A stretch of DNA of 64,000 bases from Phycisphaerae bacterium. Its GTDB lineage: Bacteria; Planctomycetota; Phycisphaerae; WQYP01. This document shows positions 21,577 to 31,188 of the stretch, one piece after another. Where the stretch lies: positions 24,128-88,127 of the forward strand of contig DASZTO010000052.1 in the NCBI GenBank assembly GCA_035548175.1, written 5' to 3'. The first letter of the stretch is position 1, and every line of letters begins with the position of its first letter. Position numbers and translations under genes: made by a program. Below the pieces are notes generated by a model. That model had not been told where the DNA came from. It worked only from the letters and a program-made list of their open reading frames with translations, and did not search any database.

Positions 21577-22527
21577 CTACTGCTCCAGGCCCTCGTACAT
21601 CGGCGTCGAGATGTACCGTTCGCCGGTCGAGCACATCACCGTCACGATCGTCTTGCCCTTGTACTCCGGCCGCTGGGCCACCTGAAGCGCCGCCCACATG
21701 TTGGCGCCGGAGCTGATGCCCGCGAGTATCCCCTCTTCGCTCGCCAGACGCCGGGCCATCGCGAACGCATCCTCGTTCGTGCAGGTGATCACTTCGTCCA
21801 CGATGTCCGTGTCCAGGTTCTTGGGAATGAAGCCCGCCCCCGTCCCCTGAATCTTGTGCGGCCCGGGCTTGAGCGGTTCGCCCTTCTTGAATTGCGTGAT
21901 CACCGGCGACGTCACCGGTTCGACCGCGATGGCCTTGAAATTCGGGTTGCGCTTCTTGATCACGTGCGCCACGCCCGTGATCGTCCCGCCGGTGCCCACC
22001 GCCGACACGATCGCGTCCACCTTCCCGCCGGTGTCGCGCCAGATTTCCTCGGCCGTCGTCGTTTCGTGAATCGACGGGTTCGCCGGGTTATCAAACTGCG
22101 AGGCGATCACCGAGTTGGGATTCTGCTGGTGAAGTTCCTGGCAGCGGCGCATGGCGCCGGGCATGCCTTCCGAGCCGGGCGTCAGGACCAGGTTTGCGCC
22201 GAGAATGCGGAGCAGGCGCCGGCGTTCGATGGACATGGTCTCGGGCATTGTCAGGGTCAGCTTGTACCCTTTGGCCGCGCACACGAATGCCAGCGCGATG
22301 CCCGTGTTCCCGGAGGTCGCCTCGAGGACGTGCGTGTCCTTGTTGATTTTTCCGGCCTTTTCGCCGGCCTCGATCATCGCCACGCCGATGCGGTCCTTCA
22401 CCGAGCCCAGCGGATTGAAGTATTCACACTTGGCCAGCACCGTCGCGCCGCCGGGGGGAACGATGCGGTTGATGCGCACCAGCGGGGTGTTTCCCATGGT
22501 TTTGGTGATGTCGGAAAAGACCGGCAT
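21577..22527 (-). CDS. cysK: Cysteine synthase A
   Basis: [10 protein letters not shown] (PLP Lys), [19 protein letters not shown]. Confidence 0.96.
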   Translation of the reverse strand: MPVFSDITKTMGNTPLVRINRIVPPGGATVLAKCEYFNPLGSVKDRIGVAMIEAGEKAGKINKDTHVLEATSGNTGIALAFVCAAKGYKLTLTMPETMSIERRRLLRILGANLVLTPGSEGMPGAMRRCQELHQQNPNSVIASQFDNPANPSIHETTTAEEIWRDTGGKVDAIVSAVGTGGTITGVAHVIKKRNPNFKAIAVEPVTSPVITQFKKGEPLKPGPHKIQGTGAGFIPKNLDTDIVDEVITCTNEDAFAMARRLASEEGILAGISSGANMWAALQVAQRPEYKGKTIVTVMCSTGERYISTPMYEGLEQ

Positions 22528-22661
22528 GGCAGGCTCCTCACCAGAAGAAGGGTAAAGAGGCGATGCTAAAACGGTGCGCGGGACACGTCAATCGATAATC
22601 CGCGCGTCGGCGGTGCGAACCTGCTACAATACAGCAGCTTCCACTTGCTTGTGAGTGCCTC

Positions 22662-23264
22662 ATGAAACCCATGACCGAGCCCCAAAGCACCCCCCGGGTG
22701 CTGGTTGATCCTTTTGATGCCTTTCTCGCGCGCCTGAGCCGGAAGTCTTTGGCTTCCGTGCAGGCCCATCTCGAGGCCACGGAGGGGCACGAGGAACTCG
22801 GGCACGGGCGGCAATGGAAGCGGCTGGCGGCGATGCTGGCCAAGCTTGCCGGCCACGCGATCGAAGCGTCGGGCCAGCACGTGCTGCGGTTCTACATCGC
22901 CGACGGCAAGTACCGCCAGCAGGTGTTCACGCTCGAGGACATGCGCAAGGGGATGATTCATGTCTTTCTGCCCGATGTGCTGGATGCCGCGGTCGCCCGG
23001 AAGATTCTGATCGCGCCGCATGAGGAGGACCACACGTTCGCCCTTGGCGCGGCGCCGGGCACGCGGATCGAGGTGGAGCGCATTTCCTCGGAGTCGAAGG
23101 AAGTGCCGGAATTCTGCAAGCCGATGCTTGGCTGGGGCCGGCGTGCGTTGCGGATGTCGATTTCGGCGACGGGGGACGACACGGTGCAGCAGGTGATATG
23201 GGAGCTGGGACAGCTCGCCGCCGAAGGCTGGCCCAAACCCACCGAAGCCGCTCCTGCCACCTGA
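22662..23264 (+). CDS. Hypothetical protein
   Basis: 200-aa ORF of balanced composition filling the gap between cysK and the PAP2-like gene; no motif recognised. Confidence 0.7.
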   Translation: MKPMTEPQSTPRVLVDPFDAFLARLSRKSLASVQAHLEATEGHEELGHGRQWKRLAAMLAKLAGHAIEASGQHVLRFYIADGKYRQQVFTLEDMRKGMIHVFLPDVLDAAVARKILIAPHEEDHTFALGAAPGTRIEVERISSESKEVPEFCKPMLGWGRRALRMSISATGDDTVQQVIWELGQLAAEGWPKPTEAAPAT

Positions 23265-23272
23265 TCGTGCGT

Positions 23273-23929
23273 CTATCGCACGGTTTTGCCGGGAGCGATA
23301 CGCGACAGCATCCGATCGATGGGCCGGGCGACATCGTCGGCAATGATCGCCACGAGCAAAGCAGTGACGGCTCCGGCATACACATCCATCGTCCAATGCG
23401 CCCGCAAGGACAGGACGGCCACGATCTCGAAGATCGCCACGACTGTTGCGGCCGGCCAAAGCCACCGTCGCGTGCGGACCAATTCGCTTGCGCCGAAGAT
23501 GGCGAGGGCGGTGTGGCCGGAGAAGAAGAGATCGTTGCCGACGCCATAGGTGACAAAGAGGGAGGGGAAACCGGGGCCTTCCTTGGGCCAGATCATGTCG
23601 GGGGGCGTGGGGAGGACGCAGAGGGCCTGGCAGATCTGGCGAAGTGCGAAGAGCATGAGCAAGCCGAGGAAGGGGCGGAGGGTTTTTCCGAAGAGGGCTT
23701 TGGCGAAGAGGAAGAGGGTGAGGGCGTCGATGAGGGCGGAGGAGGAGATGAGGAGGGCGTTGCGTGCGGCGGCGTGGGCGAGGAGGTAGCGGTTGAGGGG
23801 GGCGAGGAGGTCGAGGAGACCGTCGCCGATGGCGCCGGTGTAGGGGCGTGCGCCGATGAGGTGCTGTGTGGCGAACCAGGCGGCGAGGCCGAGGAGGATG
23901 AGGAGGAGTCGGAGGAGGAGTCGGGGCAT
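23273..23929 (-). CDS. PAP2-related / sphingomyelin-synthase-like membrane protein
   Basis: TMs; LRQICQ, DLFFSGHT, RAHWTMDV motifs. Confidence 0.8.
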   Translation of the reverse strand: MPRLLLRLLLILLGLAAWFATQHLIGARPYTGAIGDGLLDLLAPLNRYLLAHAAARNALLISSSALIDALTLFLFAKALFGKTLRPFLGLLMLFALRQICQALCVLPTPPDMIWPKEGPGFPSLFVTYGVGNDLFFSGHTALAIFGASELVRTRRWLWPAATVVAIFEIVAVLSLRAHWTMDVYAGAVTALLVAIIADDVARPIDRMLSRIAPGKTVR

Positions 23930-24383
23930 GGTGGGGCATGGTAACGGGAGGTGGCGTCGGGGTCTCGGTTGGGGATTTTTGGGGAGAGGATGTGGGGTTT
24001 TCTTCGATGTGTAGGGGGTGTTTTGCAAAAAAGGGTGGGTTTTTGCCGTTGTGTATTTTGCGGATTGAGGTTTTTGTGCTTGTGTATGAGGTTTTTTGGG
24101 AAATTGGACACAGCTTTCCCTCGCCCGGCCCAGACGACGGAAACAGGAAGACACGAAGGGATGAAGCCCCCCCCGACCACGAAGGCTTTTTGGGGTGGTT
24201 TGGGTCATGGCGCAGTGCTCCTCTTTGTCTATAGAGGGGAGTCGCGCCCAGTTTGTGCGCACAGAGACGGGGGGCGGATTGGGGTAAGGGGTTGGGGTTG
24301 TGGGGGTTGCGGAGGAAATTTTTTGCGGGGAAGGTGCGCGGGGGTTGCCAAGTTGTGCGCGCGGGGGGGATGAGGGGTTGCGG

Positions 24384-24983
24384 CTAGAGGCAGGGAGGGC
24401 CGGGGAGGAAGCGATCGAGGGTGGTTTCGAGGTCGGGGTAGCGCGGGATCCACTGGAGGAGGGCGCTCAGGTCGGTGAGGAAGGCCAGATAAGCGAGGGC
24501 GAGGAGGGCCGGTATCAGGTAGAGGGCGTACCAGAGGGAGGTATGGGCAAGCCAGGGGCCGGTCGACACGACAGCGAAGAAGCACAGAAGGAGGAAGGAG
24601 AGGAGTTGGAGGAGGCTGGTGAGCAGGATGGCGAGGTAACATGCGAGTTTGCGGGCGCGAAAGACGACGGGCGCCAGGAAGGGGCAGAGAAGTGCGCCGG
24701 CGAGGAAGATGGTCAGGGGAAGGAGGATCAGCAGGTTGTTGGAGAGCCAGGGTTTGAGGGTTGAGAGGGCGACAGGCGCGCCGCGGGGGAACTGGCCGGC
24801 GAGGAAAGCCAGGGAAGCGGCGGCGGCGAGTGCGTTGATGACGGCGGCGATGCGGAGCCAGCGTGCGGCGGTCCAGCGGACGGCGGTGGGCGTGTCGCCG
24901 CGGTAGTGGAGGATGCGGGTGGAGGGAGGCGGGGGCATAGCGGGGGGTCCAAGGCGAGGTGCGGATCGAGCATCGAATTTCAT
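24384..24983 (-). CDS. Hypothetical membrane protein
   Basis: Four TMs after LHY motif; ATGA overlap with the PEP-CTERM gene stop; start could be slightly downstream. Confidence 0.55.
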   Translation of the reverse strand: MKFDARSAPRLGPPAMPPPPSTRILHYRGDTPTAVRWTAARWLRIAAVINALAAAASLAFLAGQFPRGAPVALSTLKPWLSNNLLILLPLTIFLAGALLCPFLAPVVFRARKLACYLAILLTSLLQLLSFLLLCFFAVVSTGPWLAHTSLWYALYLIPALLALAYLAFLTDLSALLQWIPRYPDLETTLDRFLPGPPCL

Positions 24984-26926
24984 GGTAAGGGGCGACGGCG
25001 GGGGCGCAGGAGCACGCATGGCGCGCCGACGGCGAGGATGCCGAGTGAGGCGGGTTCGGGGACCTCGTCGACCACGGTGAAGGTGGGCGAGAGGCCGGCA
25101 TCGGCGGGATTGAGCGGCGGCGCAATGACGAGCGTTCCGTAGACATCGATAGTGCCGGCGAAAGCGGTGTCGGAGGGCAAAGTGAGGGTAATGCCAGGAT
25201 CGACGATGATCAGGCCATCGGTGGCGGCATCGCCGTGACCGATCGAGGGACCACCAAGGGAGGAAAAATCGTAATCGGCGGCAAACTCGAGGATCCCGTC
25301 AGGATGGATATAAAACAGCCCAGTGGTTTCGGGTTTCTGTGGGGCGGCCAAGTCGAGCGTTGTGCTGGGTCCGATGCCCACAGTGCCGGCATTCTCAAAA
25401 GTGAGGTTCGGCCCGAACAATCCCCCTGCGAAGATGAACCCGTGATTGATAAGCGTTCCTGCTGTGATGGACGCCAAATCGGCCATTCCGTCTTGCACGA
25501 AAATCGTGCCGCTGGCGGAATTGAAACCAGGCGAAGCTCCCGCAAAGGTCCCTCCGCTGACGATCAGGAGCCCATTGTTGTGAAAGACGGTGGTACCCGA
25601 GAAGCCGTTGGGGCCGCTGACCGCGAGGGTGCCGTTGTTTGTAATATGCCCGACTGGTTTTGCCAGAGACCCCTCATGGCCCTCAAAGAGAAGCCCGTGG
25701 AGCAGGAGCACCCCATTGTTGACGATCGCGCAGTCGGAGGTGACGTCTAGCTGAGAGGAACTGGCGCTGAGCGTCAGGGAACCCGCCGTTCCGATGGTGA
25801 TGTTGGTCGCGAGTGGAAACTCTCTGGAGTTTGGGAGGAGTATTGTCGCCGTACCGTTTATGCAGGTCTGCGATGGCAGAATCGTCTGATTGACGATGCC
25901 GCTGCCATTGAGAACAAGTTCTGAGAAGCCCATCTGGCTATCCACGATGTCGACGGCGCCGTTGATGGTGAGAGAGCCGGCGCCGGCCACGCTGGCCTCG
26001 GTAATGGTCGCGGCGTTTGTCACAGCATGGGAGTTGAACTCGACGGAATTCTCGTGGATGACCGTGCTGTAGACGTTGTATTGTCCGCCGATGGAAATGG
26101 TAGGAGGCGGAGAATAGGACGCGAACTCGCCGTTTGAGATCACAACGGTCCCGCTGCCGGTGATCGAGCTTGCCGCCGCGAAGGAAAGTTGGCTATTGAG
26201 CTGGAGCGTCGCGCCGGCGTCGACGGTGAAGGTACCGCTCGTGCTTCCGCCGTCGGCAGCATTCATGTCAAAGGTGCCCGACCTGACTTCCACGTTGCCG
26301 GAATTGAAAAAGAGGGGCGTCGGATCGTATGCCGTGTCTGTGATCTTGGAAGAGGAAACTTGGCATACGCCCTTCGCGCCCGCATCCACAATGATCGTGC
26401 CGGTGTTGGCAAAGGTCGGTTTCTGGGAGCCCGCGTTCTTGCCGACACCAAACGTTACGCCGCCCACGGTCATCGTGCCCGCGTTCACGGCGGCGCCGCT
26501 CCCCACATCGCTGGTCATCGAAAGCTGCCCCTCGTTGTCAAGTTCCCCGCCCACGTAAACACCGGATAATGCCAGGGTGCCGGTCGAGGCATTGTGGAGA
26601 AAGAGATTTACTGAGTTGCCGGAAATGGAACTAGCACCCGTCAGGGTGAGTGTGCCGTCCGACAACTTGGCTTCGGCCATGGTCAAGGTGTCAACGGTGA
26701 TGTTGGCATTCACAAGATCGATCGTTCCACCGTTGATCGTGACAGCATAGGTGCTGCCGGGAGGATTGTCCGCATTGGGGTATTCCCCGGTGGGGAGGGA
26801 CCAGTGGGTGGAGTCGGTCCAGTTGCCGGTGGAGCCGTCCCAGGTGACGGCGGTGTCGGCGGCGCGGGCGAAGGTCGCCAGGGCGAGGAGCGTGGGGAGG
26901 GGGAGGATGAGATGACGGCGTTTCAT
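24980..26926 (-). CDS. PEP-CTERM sorting domain protein, G/T/N/S-rich beta-repeat passenger
   Basis: Signal peptide; WDGSTGNW..W start; C-terminal VPEPASL-hydrophobic-RPRRR. Confidence 0.9.
   Translation of the reverse strand: MKRRHLILPLPTLLALATFARAADTAVTWDGSTGNWTDSTHWSLPTGEYPNADNPPGSTYAVTINGGTIDLVNANITVDTLTMAEAKLSDGTLTLTGASSISGNSVNLFLHNASTGTLALSGVYVGGELDNEGQLSMTSDVGSGAAVNAGTMTVGGVTFGVGKNAGSQKPTFANTGTIIVDAGAKGVCQVSSSKITDTAYDPTPLFFNSGNVEVRSGTFDMNAADGGSTSGTFTVDAGATLQLNSQLSFAAASSITGSGTVVISNGEFASYSPPPTISIGGQYNVYSTVIHENSVEFNSHAVTNAATITEASVAGAGSLTINGAVDIVDSQMGFSELVLNGSGIVNQTILPSQTCINGTATILLPNSREFPLATNITIGTAGSLTLSASSSQLDVTSDCAIVNNGVLLLHGLLFEGHEGSLAKPVGHITNNGTLAVSGPNGFSGTTVFHNNGLLIVSGGTFAGASPGFNSASGTIFVQDGMADLASITAGTLINHGFIFAGGLFGPNLTFENAGTVGIGPSTTLDLAAPQKPETTGLFYIHPDGILEFAADYDFSSLGGPSIGHGDAATDGLIIVDPGITLTLPSDTAFAGTIDVYGTLVIAPPLNPADAGLSPTFTVVDEVPEPASLGILAVGAPCVLLRPRRRPLP
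25050..25189. repeat. 140-bp direct repeat copy 1 (PEP-CTERM 3' end)
   Basis: Identical to 27022-27161 except one base. Confidence 0.9.
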
Positions 26927-26951
26927 GGGTCCTTCTCCTGTAAGACGAGGA

Positions 26952-27371
26952 CTAATTTACCATGAGAGGGCGGCGGCGGCGAAGGGAAAAGGGGATTACC
27001 AGGGCGAGGAGGGTGAGGGATGCGGGTTCGGGGACCTCGTCGACCACGGTGAAGGTGGGCGAGAGGCCGGCATCGGCGGGATTGAGCGGCGGCGCAATGA
27101 CGAGCGTTCCGTAGACATCGATGGTGCCGGCGAAAGCGGTGTCGGAGGGCAAAGTGAGGGTGATGCCGGGGTCGACGATGGTGAGGCCGTCGGGGCCAGT
27201 GCGGGTCGGGCCGCCGGGAGAAGAAAAATCGCAACTTGCGGCAAATTCGAGAGTCGAGCCGGAATCCATGGCAAATTCGCCCGTGGTTGCCGCCTGTTGT
27301 TGTTGATCCATTGATGATTGTATCGGATGCGAGAACAGAACCGGGAAGATTGGGAAGATAGCCGTTGCCAT
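26952..27371 (-). CDS. Short PEP-CTERM protein or remnant duplicating the C-terminus of the downstream gene
   Basis: Shares LEFAA.DFSS.GGP...DGL.IVDPGITLTLPSDTAFAGTIDVYG...VPEPASL with 24980-26926; ends RRRR. Confidence 0.65.
   Translation of the reverse strand: MATAIFPIFPVLFSHPIQSSMDQQQQAATTGEFAMDSGSTLEFAASCDFSSPGGPTRTGPDGLTIVDPGITLTLPSDTAFAGTIDVYGTLVIAPPLNPADAGLSPTFTVVDEVPEPASLTLLALVIPFSLRRRRPLMVN
27022..27161. repeat. 140-bp direct repeat copy 2
   Basis: See 25050-25189. Confidence 0.9.
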
Positions 27372-27703
27372 CAGCCGACGCCGATGAAGGGGCGGGGTTC
27401 TCGGGAGGGTTTGATGGTGAGAGGGGAGGCGGGAGGCGATGCGGGGGTTGCGGGGAAGCGGAGGGGGAGTTGGAGTTTTTGGCCACGGGCGTAGGCGAGG
27501 ATCGCGTCGGCGAGGAGGCGGGCCTGAGGACCGCTGCGGATGAGGATGCCGGCGGTGTTGGGGTTGTCGAAGGCGACGGCGTGGCCAAGGCGGGGTTTAA
27601 TGGTGGCGATGTCCCGATGGGGTTGCTCGTCGGCGGACAAGAGGACGGAGAAGGTTGTTTTGGATTTGGGAAGCCGGCGGATGGAGAGGAGTGTGAGTTG
27701 CAT
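27371..27703 (-). CDS. Hypothetical protein (110 aa)
   Basis: MQLTLLSIRRLPK...; TGATG overlap with the next gene; only non-degenerate part of ORF 27371-28102. Confidence 0.5.
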   Translation of the reverse strand: MQLTLLSIRRLPKSKTTFSVLLSADEQPHRDIATIKPRLGHAVAFDNPNTAGILIRSGPQARLLADAILAYARGQKLQLPLRFPATPASPPASPLTIKPSREPRPFIGVG

Positions 27704-27755
27704 GGGACGGATTCCTTTTGGGGCGATTATACCGCGCTGGGCGTTCGCGTGATCA

Positions 27756-28307
27756 TCATTTTGGGGAAGATTGGCGCCGCGCGCGGTGACGGGGAGCGGA
27801 GCGGAAGATCGCGATGCCGGTGAAACGGGCATTGAAGTGATCGCGCTGCATGGAATAGGCGGTGGCGCGGTGGGGATCGAAGATGAGGAGGTCGTCGGCG
27901 GTGGCGGCCTGGACGATGACGGCGTGGAGGTCAGTGACAATACCGGAGGGGTTGGAGAGAGTGAGGAAAGCGAGCCAAGGGGTAAGACGATCAAGGCGGC
28001 GAAAGGAATCGTTTTGGGCGAAGAGGGTGAAGGTCCAGTTGCTGGCGGGATCAAGTTGGAGGAGAGTTGGGAGGACACTGTCGATGAACGCGGGGGAGCC
28101 ATGGAGGTAGCGCTGGGCGAGCTCTTCCTGGGTTAGTTGGTTGGCGTTGGAAGCGAGGAGCATTTGGAGGCAGGCGGCAGTGCAGCTTGTGGGGTTGGAT
28201 TGCTGGATGACGCGGGGGTCGCGGTGTTCTGCGGCGCGGAGCCAGTCATAGGGGAAGGGCCCGCGTTCTACGATTCGGAGAGTGCGTGGGGCGCGTTTTT
28301 TGGGCAT
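27756..28307 (-). CDS. C39-like papain-fold cysteine peptidase
   Basis: QQSNPTSCTAACLQM (Q/C), LHAVIV (H), LIFDP (D). Confidence 0.7.
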   Translation of the reverse strand: MPKKRAPRTLRIVERGPFPYDWLRAAEHRDPRVIQQSNPTSCTAACLQMLLASNANQLTQEELAQRYLHGSPAFIDSVLPTLLQLDPASNWTFTLFAQNDSFRRLDRLTPWLAFLTLSNPSGIVTDLHAVIVQAATADDLLIFDPHRATAYSMQRDHFNARFTGIAIFRSAPRHRARRQSSPK

Positions 28308-28415
28308 GGATTATCCGGGGAAAGTCTGGCACCGGAGGGGGAGCGGGGTTGAACCTAATCGTCCTGATGTAAACACGCGAATGGCTCGTCGATCGAGAGT
28401 TTGTTTTGTTGAGGG

Positions 28416-30392
28416 TCAATGGAGGGTGATGGCGGCGGCGCTGAGGGGGGGGAGGGTGAGGGTGAGGGAGTGGGGTTGGAGGGTGATGGGGGCGCTTTTG
28501 GGGGAGATGGCGGTGGGGTTCTGGAGGGTGTTGCGGGCGGAGGGGGAGCCGGGGGCGAGGAGTTGCATGGTGGCGGAGGTGGGGGTGAAGGGGCCGGCGA
28601 GGGTGGTGGTGAGGTTGATGGGGGAATCGGAGGGGTTGACGAGTTTGAGGTAGATGGTTTTTTTGTCGTCGGATTCGGAGGCGACGGCGCTGAGGGGGGA
28701 GTTGTCGGGGGTGTCGAGTGGGAGGAGGTTGGGGGCGTAGTGGTCGCGCCAGAGTTTCATGACGACGTAGTTGGGTGCGGGGAACCAGGAGGATTGGTTG
28801 AAGTTGATGAGGGCATTGTCCCAGGATTTGGCGGAGGTGGAGCGAAGGAAGAGGGCGGGGCAGGAGATTTCGACGAGGTCGGCGTTGCGTTCGAAGACGT
28901 TGAGGATGCCGGCGGCATAGAGGCCTGTGCGCCAGTCGGTGGATTGGGCGTTCCATTCGGAGATGTAGAGTTTGATGTTGGGGTTGGCGGATTTTTTGAT
29001 GAGGGCGCCGATGTCGAGGAGGTGTTTTTCGAAGTCGCGCGGGTTGTCGGCGTAGTCGAGTTTGTCGAGCAGGCCGTTGTAATAGTGGGGGGAGAGGATG
29101 TCGAAATCCCTGGCGGCGTTGTCGAGCAAGGCGGCGTCCCAGTGGGCGTTGGCGGGGATGCCTTCGCCGGGGCCGGTGTCGAAGGCGTAACCGCCGGCGA
29201 CGGAGAGGTGGAGGTGGGGGTATTTGGCGCGGATGGCGGCGGAGAAGCGGTGGACGATGTCGAGGTAGCGGGGCTGGTCCATGAGGAGCCAGGGTTCGTT
29301 GTCGATTTCGATGACGTCGAGGGGATAGGGTGCGGGGTGGCCATTCTGGGCGCGCTGGTGGCCGAAGTGGGTGGAGTTGTCGCCGAGGCAGTATTCGAGC
29401 CAGTCGAGGTTGGGTTGGAGACCGCGGCGGGTGTTGAGGACGAGGAGGGGCTGTGCGTGGAGTTGGTCGCAGAGGCGCATGAATTCGTCGGTGCCGAACT
29501 GGTTGGGGTCGCGGTCGCTCCAGGCTTCGACGGGGGAGGTGCGGCGGTCGTCGGCGGGGCCGACGCCGTATTCCCAGAGGTAGGAGTTGGCGAAGGAGCC
29601 ACCGGGCCAGCGGATGGTGGCGGGGTGGAGGTCGTCGATGGCATTGAGGAGGTCGGGTCGGAAGCCGCCGGTGTCGAGGGCGGATTTGGAGAAGAGGGAG
29701 AACTGGTCGAGGGAGAGATCGCCGTTGCCGGTGAGGGTGATGGAGAGGGTGGCTTCGGGGGTGGTGGCGGTGGGGGTGAAGGTGAAGGTGAATTTTTTCC
29801 AGTCGGGGGAGAGGTTCTGGAGTGGGGCGGAGAAGAGGGGTTGGTCGTCGGGGGTGGTGAGGGAAAGGGTGGCGGTGGCGGTGATGGCAGAGCGGGCGAA
29901 GAGGGTGAGGGTGTAGGATTCGTTTTGTTGGATGTAGATATGATGCTGGCGGATTCCGGAGGGGTCGGGGTTTGGGGCGGCATTTGGGGCGGGGCGCGGG
30001 GGGGTGCCGGTGAAGCCCTGGGTGATGTGGAGGGAGAGGGTGGAGTTCTGGGGGTTGAGGGGGTCGTTGGTGAAGGCGGCTGGGCCGAAGGTTTCCCAGT
30101 CGAAGGGGTCGGTGAAGGCGGGTGCGGGTTGGGCGGTGCGAGCGGGGCGAGGGGGGAGGATTTCGAGGGAGGGGTTGAGGATTTGGTCGCCCCAGATTCC
30201 GCCGTGGACGGAGTGAAAGATGTGTTCGAGGAATTGGGAGTAGATGCGGGGGTCGATTTTGTGGAGGGGGGCGTTGGTGTGGATAGTGAGGGTGGTTTGT
30301 TGAGGGGCGGGGGCGGAGGCGGGGGGGGTGGCGGGGGCGGTTTGGGCGAGGGTGGCGGCGAGGAGGAGTGGGGGGAGGAGGAGGCGGGTCAT
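28416..30392 (-). CDS. Alpha-L-arabinofuranosidase, GH51
   Basis: Signal peptide; YSQFLEH, IRWPGG, FGTDEF, EIDNEPW (acid/base), ISEWN (nucleophile). Confidence 0.88.
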   Translation of the reverse strand: MTRLLLPPLLLAATLAQTAPATPPASAPAPQQTTLTIHTNAPLHKIDPRIYSQFLEHIFHSVHGGIWGDQILNPSLEILPPRPARTAQPAPAFTDPFDWETFGPAAFTNDPLNPQNSTLSLHITQGFTGTPPRPAPNAAPNPDPSGIRQHHIYIQQNESYTLTLFARSAITATATLSLTTPDDQPLFSAPLQNLSPDWKKFTFTFTPTATTPEATLSITLTGNGDLSLDQFSLFSKSALDTGGFRPDLLNAIDDLHPATIRWPGGSFANSYLWEYGVGPADDRRTSPVEAWSDRDPNQFGTDEFMRLCDQLHAQPLLVLNTRRGLQPNLDWLEYCLGDNSTHFGHQRAQNGHPAPYPLDVIEIDNEPWLLMDQPRYLDIVHRFSAAIRAKYPHLHLSVAGGYAFDTGPGEGIPANAHWDAALLDNAARDFDILSPHYYNGLLDKLDYADNPRDFEKHLLDIGALIKKSANPNIKLYISEWNAQSTDWRTGLYAAGILNVFERNADLVEISCPALFLRSTSAKSWDNALINFNQSSWFPAPNYVVMKLWRDHYAPNLLPLDTPDNSPLSAVASESDDKKTIYLKLVNPSDSPINLTTTLAGPFTPTSATMQLLAPGSPSARNTLQNPTAISPKSAPITLQPHSLTLTLPPLSAAAITLH

Positions 30393-30548
30393 GGGGAGTC
30401 TCCCGGGGTTGAGGATGGGGCATGGTAATGGAGGGCGGGGGCGTTGGGTATGGGGGGATGTGATGCAGGCGACGGAAAGGGGGTGGGGCGGCGAGGGCCG
30501 AAACCAAACGGGAGGCGGTGTGCGTGGGGGAGCGTACCGGGGATCTCG

Positions 30549-30657
30549 AACGCGGAGGGCGCTGAGAACGCGGAGGGCGCGGAGGGACGACGATGGACCA
30601 CCGCACCCCCACGATAACGACGCAAAATGGCCACGAAAGGCACGAAAAACACGAAAG
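30549..30657. repeat. 9-mer repeat clusters: (AA/GG)CGC(G/T)GAG x4 and a CACGAAA-family arm
   Basis: 30549-30584 AACGCGGAG GGCGCTGAG AACGCGGAG GGCGCGGAG; 30625-30657 AAATGGCCACGAAAGGCACGAAAAACACGAAAG. Confidence 0.8.
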
Positions 30658-30853
30658 TTGTGAAGTCAGATTGTTGTTACGGTGCGAAGCCTGGGCGTGG
30701 TAGTCGTGCGGAAGGTACAGAGGGTGTATCGAGGCTGGCGATGGCGGTGGGGGTGACTGCGAGCGAAGGTAGACGAGCGCTTTTTATTCAGGTGCTGGGG
30801 TCGCGGATGCGTGCGGGAGTCGGGCCAGGGAGGAGGAACTGGTGAAGCGTCGC

Positions 30854-30940
30854 TTAGCACATGGCGGCGAAGGTGAGGAGGACGAGCATGGCGATTTTGA
30901 GTTTTTTGGGGGTGACGAAGGTGGTCATCATCAGGGCCAT
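30854..30940 (-). CDS. Possible 28-aa peptide MALMMTTFVTPKKLKIAMLVLLTFAAMC
   Basis: GGAG 7 nt upstream of ATG; host-like C-ending codons. Confidence 0.35.
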   Translation of the reverse strand: MALMMTTFVTPKKLKIAMLVLLTFAAMC

Positions 30941-31188
30941 GGGGTGTCTCCGACAAACAGCAGGGGGGTCTGCGGGAGGATTAAGCAAAGGGCGTGCGGG
31001 GTTTGGGGGGACTTGAGGGAAACTGGCGTGATTTGCGTAAGTGATGGTGTGGATGAAGGTTGTGGGATGAGTCGTGGAGGGGTGTCGGGAGGGATTGCGG
31101 CGCGATGTGGTGAAAAGGCAACGTGCGGTGGGGGGCGATGTGGAGAATACGTAGGCGTGTGGCGTGGACACTACAGGGAGGAGGTTGG

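Noticed and set aside
24045-24095. TGTGTAT words as DnaA boxes
   Set aside because: One to two mismatches from consensus and only two copies; not enough to call oriC
23930-24262. N-terminal extension of the PAP2-like ORF from ATG 24208 or 24262
   Set aside because: Low-complexity K/P/T sequence containing repeat-derived TTCGTG words; the hydrophobic domain starts at 23929
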